From an uncultured Thermoleophilia bacterium (GTDB taxonomy: Bacteria; Actinomycetota; Thermoleophilia; UBA2241): 26,882 nt of DNA. Within the stretch, counting starts at the first letter, position 1. Each line of letters begins with the position of its first letter. Positions 1 to 7,064 of this stretch are shown here, in pieces. Where the stretch lies: the NCBI GenBank assembly GCA_964615105.1, contig CAZTMO010000001.1, positions 1 to 26,882 on the forward strand, in the 5' to 3' direction. Under the pieces are notes generated by a model. It was not told where the DNA came from, did no database searches, and worked only from the letters and a program-made list of their open reading frames with translations. Position numbers and translations under genes: made by a program.

Positions 1-490
1 CCGGCCCCAGGGCCACCGTCAGGGAGATGAACGACAGGTCGGCGGTGACGAACGACGGCCGAAACGGTAGATGTTCGGCCGTCAAGTCGCGCGCGTTCGT
101 GCGCTCGAGCACCGTCACCCTTGCGTCGCCGCGAAGACGCCAGTCCAATTGCCCGTAGCCGACGTCGACGGCGGCGACGCGCGCCGCCCCGCCCTGCAGC
201 GCGCGGTCGACGAAGCCGCCGGTCGAGCTCCCGAGGTCGACCACATCCTCTCCCTCGAGCTGGACCTCAAGGACCTTCAAGGCGTGATCGAGCTTGTCGC
301 CGCCGCGCGAGACGAAGCGTCGCCGCGCCGCGATGGTGATGTGGGCATCGGCCGCGACCGGCGCCCCCGGCTTGTCGACGACGGCCCCGCCGACCCGCAC
401 CTCGCCGGCGAGCACGGCGGCACGCGCCTGAGCGCGCGTCGCGATGAGACCGCGGTCCACGAGGACGGAGTCGAGACGCCGACGCGGCAC
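1..490 (-). CDS. tlyA: TlyA-family rRNA (cytidine-2'-O)-methyltransferase / hemolysin A, 3' end runs off the window
   Basis: Not in the ORF track because it has no stop in the window. Hand translation from GTG at 490 gives MPRRRLDSVLVDRGLIATRAQARAAVLAGEVRV (S4 domain), FVSRGGDKL, VVDLGSSTGGF (SAM-binding), VDVGYGQL, LERTNAR and ADLSFISL. It lies directly downstream of dxs, a common arrangement. Confidence 0.95.
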   Translation of the reverse strand, partial: MPRRRLDSVLVDRGLIATRAQARAAVLAGEVRVGGAVVDKPGAPVAADAHITIAARRRFVSRGGDKLDHALKVLEVQLEGEDVVDLGSSTGGFVDRALQGGAARVAAVDVGYGQLDWRLRGDARVTVLERTNARDLTAEHLPFRPSFVTADLSFISLTVALGP

Positions 491-503
491 GACCGCGCCT
501 GGC

Positions 504-2390
504 CTACCGGACGTGGACGAGGCCGACAGGACGCCCGGCGGTCGCGGCGGCGACCGCCTCGGCCGTGAGACCCACGTCGGCGAGCAGGCGCTCCCTGTCA
601 CCGTGCGGCACAAAGGCGTCAGGCAGGCCGAAGCGGACGACGTCGACCCCGCGCCCGGCGACATGCTCGAGGACGGCGCTCCCGAACCCGCCGGGGAGCA
701 CGTTCTCCTCGACCGTGACAAGGCGCTCGTGCGTGCTCGCCAGACGATCGATCAGCGCTGTGTCCAGGGGCTTGACGAAGCGCGCGTCGACGACCGTGGG
801 GTTCCGGCCTTCGGTGCGCGACCGCTCGGCCGCTGCCAGAGCGATTCCGACCCCCGTGCCGATACCGACGAGGGCGACGTCGCGTCCCTCCTCGAGCACC
901 ACGCCGCGACCGATGTCGAAAACCTCGAGCTCCGCCGGGCAGTCGAACACGCTGGCCATGCCTCGTGGGTAGCGGATCGCCGCCGGCCCGTCGAGCGTCA
1001 GCGCCGTGCGAAGCATGTGCTGCAGCTCGACGTGGGTGGCCGGCGCCATGACGGTCATGTTCGGGATAAGGCGCAGATATGACAGGTCGAAGACGCCGTG
1101 GTGCGTAGGCCCGTCGTCGCCGACGAGGCCGGCGCGGTCGACGGCGAACACGATCGGGAGACGCTGCAGGCCCACGTCCTGCATCAGCATGTCGAAGGCA
1201 CGCTGCAAGAAGGTCGAGTAGATGGCGACGACCGGACGAAGCCCGCCGAGGGCGAGACCGGCGGCGAAGACGACGGCGTGCTCTTCGGCGATGCCGACGT
1301 CGTAGAAGCGTCCCGGGAGACGCTCCTTGAAGCGCCCCAGCCCCGCCCCCTCGGTCATGGCCGCCGTGATCGCCACGATGCGCTCGTCGCCCTCCGCGAG
1401 CCGGACGAGCGCGTCGCCGAACGCCTCCGTGTACGACATCCCTTCGACGACCGCCTTGATGTCGCCGTTGCCGAGGTGAAACGGGCCGGTGCCGTGGAAC
1501 TTCTCGGGACGTTGCTCCGCGGGCACGTAACCCTTTCCCTTCACCGTCTTCACGTGCAGGAGGACGGGCCGTCTCGTCTCGACCGCCTGACGAACTCCCT
1601 CGCGCACGGCCCTGATGTCGTGCCCGTCGATCACGCCGAGGTAGGCGAAGCCCAGCTCCTCGAAGAGCATGCCGGGGCTGATGAGGGCCTTCATCGAGTC
1701 CTTGACGTCCCTGCCGAGCGCGTAAGCGCGCTCGCCGATCCCGGGGATGCGCGCCACGCCGCGCTCGATGTCCTCGCGGAGCCTGGTGAGCGTGGGGTCG
1801 AGACGCAGCCGGTTGAGGTAGAGCTGTAGGGCGCCGATGTTCGGCTGGATCGACATCTGATTGTCGTTCAGTACGACAATGATCGGCGTGCGCATATGGC
1901 CGATGTTGTTGAGCGCCTCGAAGGCGACCCCGCCCGTCAGGGCACCGTCGCCGATCACGCAGACGACCGTGCCCTCGGCCCCGCCGGCGAGCCGGGCCGC
2001 CTCGGCGAGACCGAGGCCGTAGCCGATCGATGTCGAGGCGTGCCCCGTGCCGATGATGTCGTGCTCGGACTCGGCCCGACACGGAAAGCCGGAGATGCCG
2101 CCGTACTGACGGATGTTGCCGAAGCATTCGCGGCGGCCGGTGAGGATCTTGTGCGCGTAGCATTGGTGACCGACGTCCCAGACGATCTTGTCGTGCGGGC
2201 TCCTCAGCAGGCTGTGCAGGGCCACCGTGAGCTCGACGGTGCCCAGGCTCGCGGCGAGGTGGCCGCCGACCGCGCTGACGCAGTCGAGGACAAGGGTGCG
2301 GATCTCGTCCGCAAGCAGCGTCAGCTCGGGCTCTGAGAACTGGTGCAGGTCGGAGGGGTCCGTGACCCGGGACAGCAAGTCATCGGCCAT
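504..2390 (-). CDS. dxs: 1-deoxy-D-xylulose-5-phosphate synthase
   Basis: 628 aa with GGHLAASLG, WDVGHQCYAHKILTGR, GHASTSI, the TPP motif GDGALTGG...LNDN, DVGIAEEHAV, YSTFLQRA, DRAGLVGDDGPTHHG and IRYPRG. Confidence 0.98.
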   Translation of the reverse strand: MADDLLSRVTDPSDLHQFSEPELTLLADEIRTLVLDCVSAVGGHLAASLGTVELTVALHSLLRSPHDKIVWDVGHQCYAHKILTGRRECFGNIRQYGGISGFPCRAESEHDIIGTGHASTSIGYGLGLAEAARLAGGAEGTVVCVIGDGALTGGVAFEALNNIGHMRTPIIVVLNDNQMSIQPNIGALQLYLNRLRLDPTLTRLREDIERGVARIPGIGERAYALGRDVKDSMKALISPGMLFEELGFAYLGVIDGHDIRAVREGVRQAVETRRPVLLHVKTVKGKGYVPAEQRPEKFHGTGPFHLGNGDIKAVVEGMSYTEAFGDALVRLAEGDERIVAITAAMTEGAGLGRFKERLPGRFYDVGIAEEHAVVFAAGLALGGLRPVVAIYSTFLQRAFDMLMQDVGLQRLPIVFAVDRAGLVGDDGPTHHGVFDLSYLRLIPNMTVMAPATHVELQHMLRTALTLDGPAAIRYPRGMASVFDCPAELEVFDIGRGVVLEEGRDVALVGIGTGVGIALAAAERSRTEGRNPTVVDARFVKPLDTALIDRLASTHERLVTVEENVLPGGFGSAVLEHVAGRGVDVVRFGLPDAFVPHGDRERLLADVGLTAEAVAAATAGRPVGLVHVR

Positions 2391-2399
2391 CGCCGGGCG

Positions 2400-2408
2400 A
2401 GTATAGCA
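2400..2408 (-). promoter_or_regulatory. Extended -10 promoter (TGCTATACT) for dxs, probably a leaderless or near-leaderless transcript
   Basis: The minus strand reads GGTGCTATACTCGCCCGGCG-ATG, a TGnTAnnnT element 9 nt before the dxs ATG, with no Shine-Dalgarno sequence. Confidence 0.6.
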
Positions 2409-2481
2409 CCGCGCGGGCGACCGTCCGAGCGGACGCTCCGGAGCCCCCCGCCAGGCAGCCCCCCAATTGCCTGCGAAGACC

Positions 2482-3081
2482 TCAGCCGCCCCAGGGCGGG
2501 TACAGCTCGTGTGCGACCCCCACGGCGCTCAGAACCTTGCCGACGACGTGATCGACGGCATCATCCAGGCATCGCGGGCGGTTGTAGAAGGCTGGCATCG
2601 CGGGCAGGACCATCGCCCCGGCCTCGGACGCCTCGAGCAGACGGCGAAGGTGGATCGAAGAGAGCGGCATCTCCCTGGGGACGAGGACCAGCGGACGCCG
2701 CTCCTTCAGCGCCACCATGCCCACCTTGTGGATGAGCGTCTCGGTCATGCCGAGCGCGATCGCCGCCGCCGTCGACAGGGAGCACGGGCAGACGATCGCC
2801 GCGTCCGGCGCCGCCGACCCGCTGGAAGGAGGCGCGGCCAGATCGCCGGGAAGATACACGTGCGCCTCGGCTTGCGCCGCGTCAAGCAGGCGGCGCGTCA
2901 CCTCCTCGCGACCGGTCACCGTCAGATCGAGCTCGTGACGCACGACGTCCACGCCGACGTCCGAGATACACAGCGAGAGGCGGCGACCAGCGGCCGCCAA
3001 CGCGCCGAGCAGGCGCAGCGCGTATGGCGCCCCGCTGGCGCCAGTGATGCCCACAAAGACTGTCGACGGCGCGGTGTTCAT
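2482..3081 (-). CDS. ubiX: Flavin prenyltransferase UbiX (makes prFMN)
   Basis: Start refined to ATG 3081 (MNTAPSTVFVGITGASGAPYA). Motifs: GSAAPDAAIVCPCSLSTAAAIALG, ALKERRPLVLVPREMPLSSIHL and PAMPAFYNRP. Confidence 0.95.
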   Translation of the reverse strand: MNTAPSTVFVGITGASGAPYALRLLGALAAAGRRLSLCISDVGVDVVRHELDLTVTGREEVTRRLLDAAQAEAHVYLPGDLAAPPSSGSAAPDAAIVCPCSLSTAAAIALGMTETLIHKVGMVALKERRPLVLVPREMPLSSIHLRRLLEASEAGAMVLPAMPAFYNRPRCLDDAVDHVVGKVLSAVGVAHELYPPWGG

Positions 3082-3103
3082 AACGGATGCGATTCTATCA
3101 GGC

Positions 3104-3733
3104 TCACGGAGGGGCCCGCAGACCGGCCAGCACACGGTGAGCGGTCGCTTCAGACCCACCGGCGACCGCCACGGCGACCGGGACCGCGCGCCGGCGCGCC
3201 GCGATCACGACGAGGTCATCCGAGGCACGACGCCAGAGTCTCGCCCCGCGCCAACGGCGTGACAGGCGATCCCAGGTCCCCGCACCGGGAAGCCGGCCTG
3301 CGCCCACGTGAAGGATGATCAAGCCTTCCCCGTCGGTGAACGAGACCCGGTACCCGCGGTGCCAGGTCTGCGGATTAGGGAGTACGCTGCCGTCGCCGAC
3401 GGCGACGTACGGCGCCGCCAGCCCGTAAGCGACCGGCAGCCAGGTCGGGACGAGGACACGGTCGAGGCCGGAGCCCCGTCTCGCTTCGCCGACCCAGTGC
3501 CCGCCGCCGTCGGCCCTCTTCAGTCCTGGCGGCAGGGCGCCGCCCGGGTGCGAGGACCGGAACGCCTGCTCAACCGACGTGGCGGAAGAAGCCGGCTGAG
3601 GGTCAGACGTGCAGCCGCCAAGCGCGACCGCGACCCACAGCGTCACGACGACGAACGCGAACGCCACATTGAAGGCAACATGCGCCGCCGGGTGCACGGT
3701 CTTCCCCATCGCCCTCCTCTCATCCTCGGTCAC
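3104..3733 (-). CDS. Hypothetical lipoprotein of unknown function
   Basis: Part of ORF 3104..3952. Possible starts are GTG 3733 (after GGAGGGAG) or ATG 3709 (after AGGAGG). A hydrophobic stretch VAFNVAFAFVVVTLWVAVA is followed by the lipobox-like LGGC (Cys codon 3611-3613). No family recognised. Confidence 0.6.
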   Translation of the reverse strand: MTEDERRAMGKTVHPAAHVAFNVAFAFVVVTLWVAVALGGCTSDPQPASSATSVEQAFRSSHPGGALPPGLKRADGGGHWVGEARRGSGLDRVLVPTWLPVAYGLAAPYVAVGDGSVLPNPQTWHRGYRVSFTDGEGLIILHVGAGRLPGAGTWDRLSRRWRGARLWRRASDDLVVIAARRRAVPVAVAVAGGSEATAHRVLAGLRAPP

Positions 3734-3829
3734 ACGCTCCCTCCGCCACGATCTCGGCTCGTGCCCTCCCCGCTTCCAGATCTCCAACGAAGCACAGCGG
3801 CTGCGCGTCAGGGGCTTGCTGCGCCTGGC

Positions 3830-3864
3830 TTGGCGTTCCTTCTGGACCTGACGTAGAGTCCAGA
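3830..3864 (+). promoter_or_regulatory. Candidate sigma70 promoter for the M20 gene (TTGGCG-N18-TAGAGT), overlapped by the inverted repeat TCTGGAC-N10-GTCCAGA
   Basis: -35-like TTGGCG at 3830-3835 and -10-like TAGAGT at 3854-3859, 8 nt before ATG 3868 with no SD. The inverted repeat arms are at 3841-3847 and 3858-3864. Confidence 0.4.
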
Positions 3865-3867
3865 TGC

Positions 3868-5253
3868 ATGGCCCTCGACCTTCTCGCGATCGCACGTGAC
3901 CTTGTCGCCGTCGACACGCGCTCGAGCGTGTCCGACGCCGCCGCGGTCGCACTGCTCACGCCCCTTTGTCGCGACGTCGGGCTGGACGTCGTCACGCAAT
4001 CCGAACTGCGCGACGGCGTGAAGCAGTTCAATCTGGTGGCAACACGCCGCGAGGGCAGCGAGGCTCCGCTCTTGCTCGCCACGCACCTCGACACGGTGCC
4101 TCCCGGCGATCATGCCCTGTGGACGGTGTCGGGGGGAAGGCCGTTCGCTCTCACCGAACATGACGGGGACCTGTACGGTCTGGGCGCCGCCGACGTCAAG
4201 CTCGACTTCCTCTGCAAACTGGCAGCCCTCGACCGGTTGCGTGACGAGACGTTCAGGCGACCCGTCGTACTTGCCGGCACGTACGGCGAGGAGACTGGAC
4301 GCTATGGCGCCCATCTGCTCGTGCGCCGGCTCGAACCGCTGCCCGCGATGGCCCTGGTCGGAGAGCCGACCGACCTTCAGGCGTGCCCCTCGCACAAGGG
4401 CTATGTCGAGGTCCACGTCGCCGGGCGGAGGAGTGGCGCGACGGCATGTGACGCGTCGCCCCGTTGGCGCCTGCGCTTCTCCGGAGTGGCGGCGCACTCG
4501 TCGCAGCCCGACCGCGGCGTCTCTGCCTGCGACCTGCTTGTCGACTCTTTGCCGGGCCTCCGGCGTGCCGGTATCACGGCGGTCTACGAGGCATGGGGCG
4601 GCGAGGTGATGAACCTCGTGGCGCCGGTCGCCGAGCTCGTGGTCGGTGCCCCGGCAGCGCCGCACGTGCCGTCCGCCGTCATCTCCCCAGCCGACCACGA
4701 AGCGGCGGACTGGTCCCCGGCGCTCGTCGCGGCCCTCGAGCGGCTCCACACCGCCACGGCGGCTCTGCGCCGGCGTCTGGCCGCCTGGACCGACGACGCC
4801 TTCCGTCCTCCGTACAGCACCGTCAATAACGGCAGACTGCGACTCGCCGCCGATCATCTCGAGTACGCCTGCGACACGCGCACCCTGCCCGGCGATGCCC
4901 CACGCGAAGCGCTCGAGGACTACTTGCAGGACCTTCCCGCCCTGCGGGTGCCAAGCGTGGACCTGCGTGTGGACACGCGCTTCGCCGCCCCCCCGTTCGC
5001 CGCGCGCTCCGGCTCCGCTGTGCTTCGCGCGCTTCGGGAGACCATCGCCGATGTCGGGCTGCCGCCCACGGACGAGATCAAGAGCGGCACCACTGAGGCG
5101 ACCGTCTACGCGCAGGCGGGTATCGACACGGTCGTCTTTGGCCCCGGCCTCGCCACGGGCAACATCCACAAGCCGGACGAGCGTGTGCCCATCACGCACC
5201 TGCACGCCGCCGTGGACGTCTACGAGGGTGTCGTGCGGCGACTCTGCCTCTGA
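3868..5253 (+). CDS. M20/M25/M40 metallo-amidohydrolase (ArgE/DapE-like deacylase)
   Basis: The metal-ligand motifs appear in order: ATHLDTVPPG, LYGLGAADVK, YGEETG, LVGEPT and GNIHKPDERV. The dimerisation-domain motif GVAAHSSQP is present. This is the only plus-strand gene. Confidence 0.9.
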   Translation: MALDLLAIARDLVAVDTRSSVSDAAAVALLTPLCRDVGLDVVTQSELRDGVKQFNLVATRREGSEAPLLLATHLDTVPPGDHALWTVSGGRPFALTEHDGDLYGLGAADVKLDFLCKLAALDRLRDETFRRPVVLAGTYGEETGRYGAHLLVRRLEPLPAMALVGEPTDLQACPSHKGYVEVHVAGRRSGATACDASPRWRLRFSGVAAHSSQPDRGVSACDLLVDSLPGLRRAGITAVYEAWGGEVMNLVAPVAELVVGAPAAPHVPSAVISPADHEAADWSPALVAALERLHTATAALRRRLAAWTDDAFRPPYSTVNNGRLRLAADHLEYACDTRTLPGDAPREALEDYLQDLPALRVPSVDLRVDTRFAAPPFAARSGSAVLRALRETIADVGLPPTDEIKSGTTEATVYAQAGIDTVVFGPGLATGNIHKPDERVPITHLHAAVDVYEGVVRRLCL

Positions 5254-5265
5254 CCCCCTGGAGCT

Positions 5266-5511
5266 TCATCCGCCGCCCAACGGCGCCACGAACGTGACCA
5301 CGGCGCCGTCGTGCAGCACGTGATCGTCGCCGATCGGCTGACCGTCGAGCAACGCGATGCGCCCGACCTCAGTCGGCATGCCCAAGGCATCGACCACGGC
5401 AGACAGCGGCGCCTCGCGCCCCGCCACGTGCACCACGACCGAGCCCTCTCCGCCGGCTCCCGGCGGGAGAAAGGCGCGATGGCCGCCAAACAGCACCGCC
5501 GTCACGTGCAC
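5266..5511 (-). CDS. moaD: MoaD/ThiS-family sulfur-carrier protein (copy 1)
   Basis: GTG 5511 lies 6 nt after AGGAGG. The 81-aa ubiquitin-like protein ends VTFVAPLGGG with the C-terminal Gly-Gly. The symbol is family-level only. Confidence 0.85.
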   Translation of the reverse strand: MHVTAVLFGGHRAFLPPGAGGEGSVVVHVAGREAPLSAVVDALGMPTEVGRIALLDGQPIGDDHVLHDGAVVTFVAPLGGG

Positions 5512-5556
5512 CCGCGTCCTCCTCGTGCTGACCGCTCGCTGAAGCGCATCCGAGAC

Positions 5557-5597
5557 TGCCGCAGGCCGGCGGCGACCCTCGTCGCCGGCCTGCGGCA
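5557..5597. terminator. GC-rich hairpin (about 17-bp stem with a 3-nt bulge and 4-nt loop) just downstream of the cupin gene
   Basis: TGCCGCAGGCCG-gcg-GCGAC-cctc-GTCGC-CGGCCTGCGGCA lies 5 nt after the cupin stop. There is no U-tract on the minus strand, so it is either a U-less terminator or an mRNA-stabilising stem. Confidence 0.55.
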
Positions 5598-5602
5598 CGG
5601 GT

Positions 5603-5995
5603 TCAGGCGGGCCTTGTCGGAGGGTACTCCGGGTACGAGAACACGTACACCATACTCATCGGCTCCGCGCTGTCGTTGACCACCCCGTGGGGCACGCCCG
5701 CGGGGATCAGGACACCCTGGCCGGCCCGGTATGAGACGCACTCGTCGCCGATCGAGAGCTTCCCCTCGCCCTCCACGATGTAACACAGCTCGTCCACCTC
5801 GTGGACCATCTGGTTGGTGTTGGCGCCCGGCTGCCACGTCGAGAACCCAAGCATCGTCGCCGAGGCGCCGTTGAGCGGGCCCGAGACCAGCTCGCACACC
5901 CAACTGCCGTCCGGCAGGTCGGTCCGCTTGCCCTCGCTGACGTCGACCACCTTGACGCGCTCGGTCCAGCGCGCAGCGTCCGCGTTCTTGTCCAT
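5603..5995 (-). CDS. Cupin-domain protein (monocupin)
   Basis: 130 aa with motif 1 GANTNQMVHEVDELCYIVEGEG and motif 2 GQGVLIPAGVPHGVVN. The ATG abuts the stop of the upstream gene. Confidence 0.88.
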   Translation of the reverse strand: MDKNADAARWTERVKVVDVSEGKRTDLPDGSWVCELVSGPLNGASATMLGFSTWQPGANTNQMVHEVDELCYIVEGEGKLSIGDECVSYRAGQGVLIPAGVPHGVVNDSAEPMSMVYVFSYPEYPPTRPA

Positions 5996-6997
5996 TCAGA
6001 TCACCAGCGCTCCGTCCTTGATGAGCATGCGCCCTTCAGCCTCGAGGCTGATGTTGCGCAGACAGCCGTCCAGGTGCAGGGCGCTGTGGCTTTGACCTCC
6101 GGGGTAGCAGTGCGCGTTGTCGCCGAGGGCGAAGTGGATCGTGCCGAGCAGGCCCTTCTCGGAGGCCGAGCCGCTCGGCGACTTCGTGCTCGTGCCCATG
6201 GCGAACTCGGCGACGACGTTGGCGTTCTCGTCCGAGCCGGCGACGACCGCCTTGAGGCGCTCGGCCTCGACACCACCTGAGATCTCGACCGCGCGACCGT
6301 CCTTGATCACCCACTTGATGGGCTCGCTGAGCGACCCGAACACGCCCACGCCGAGCATGATGCCGTCAACGACGATGATCCCCTCGGTCTTGTCTTCGAC
6401 GGCGGCGTAAGCGACCTCACCCCACAGCGGGACTGGCCCCATCATCTCGCCAGCGCCCTTGATCGGGACGACCTTGAGCGCCGGACGGTCCTTGATGCAG
6501 ACCTTCACGTCCGTGCCGGCCGGGTTGGTCACGCGGACCCACTCGACGCCGTCCAGTGCCGCCATCAGCTTCTCTGTTCTGGCGACGGTCTCGAGGATGT
6601 CGTCCTCGGTGAGATCCCAGTCAGCCATGCCCTCTTCGATAGACCCGATCTTGGCGCCGTTCTTGACGCTGGCGGCCACCGGGTTGACGTGCGCGAACCG
6701 GTTGGCCCACTCCAGGTTCGTGGTGATGATGATGACGTCGGACGCCTCCATCGCCGCGGCGAGGTTCTTGGCCGGCTCCATAGGGACTTTCATCGACGCC
6801 AGAGCTGCGCTCACATGATGCGAGACGTCGGCGACGACCGGGTACGCACCGAGCGACACGGCGACCCCGGCCACCGCCTCGGCTTCGCGGCGGTGATCCT
6901 CGTCGCAGATGATGAGCACCGCGTCGCCCGCCTTGACGGTGAAGCAGGTCTCCACTACCAGCCGGGCGCCCTTGATGAGCGTCGTGTAGGACTTCAC
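5996..6997 (-). CDS. M29-fold (aminopeptidase T / AmpS-like, short type) metallohydrolase
   Basis: The start is probably GTG 6997, 6 nt after AAAGGGG. Motifs: VKAGDAVLII, VRVTNPAGTDV, PLWGEVAYA, EGIIVVDG, VAEFAMGT, SEKGLLGTIHFALGDN and LHLDG. Confidence 0.8.
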   Translation of the reverse strand: MKSYTTLIKGARLVVETCFTVKAGDAVLIICDEDHRREAEAVAGVAVSLGAYPVVADVSHHVSAALASMKVPMEPAKNLAAAMEASDVIIITTNLEWANRFAHVNPVAASVKNGAKIGSIEEGMADWDLTEDDILETVARTEKLMAALDGVEWVRVTNPAGTDVKVCIKDRPALKVVPIKGAGEMMGPVPLWGEVAYAAVEDKTEGIIVVDGIMLGVGVFGSLSEPIKWVIKDGRAVEISGGVEAERLKAVVAGSDENANVVAEFAMGTSTKSPSGSASEKGLLGTIHFALGDNAHCYPGGQSHSALHLDGCLRNISLEAEGRMLIKDGALVI

Positions 6998-7064
6998 AGC
7001 CAACCCCTTTCAGACCTTCGCTCGTGGGAGACGCGCCGCCCGCGACCCCCCTCCTCTCTCCGGC

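Noticed and set aside
2420-2475. Short inverted repeats between ubiX and dxs (CGTCCG-AG-CGGACG; CAGGCA-N10-TGCCTG) as terminators
   Set aside because: The stems are only 6 bp, have no U-tract, and are at chance level for this GC content.
5996-6997. NicX-type 2,5-dihydroxypyridine dioxygenase, which would imply an aerobic route
   Set aside because: The protein has Glu at WGEV and AEF and His at TIHFALG, the M29 dinuclear pattern. NicX as I recall it has SGF, SHIGWG and NFLFSTG at these positions.
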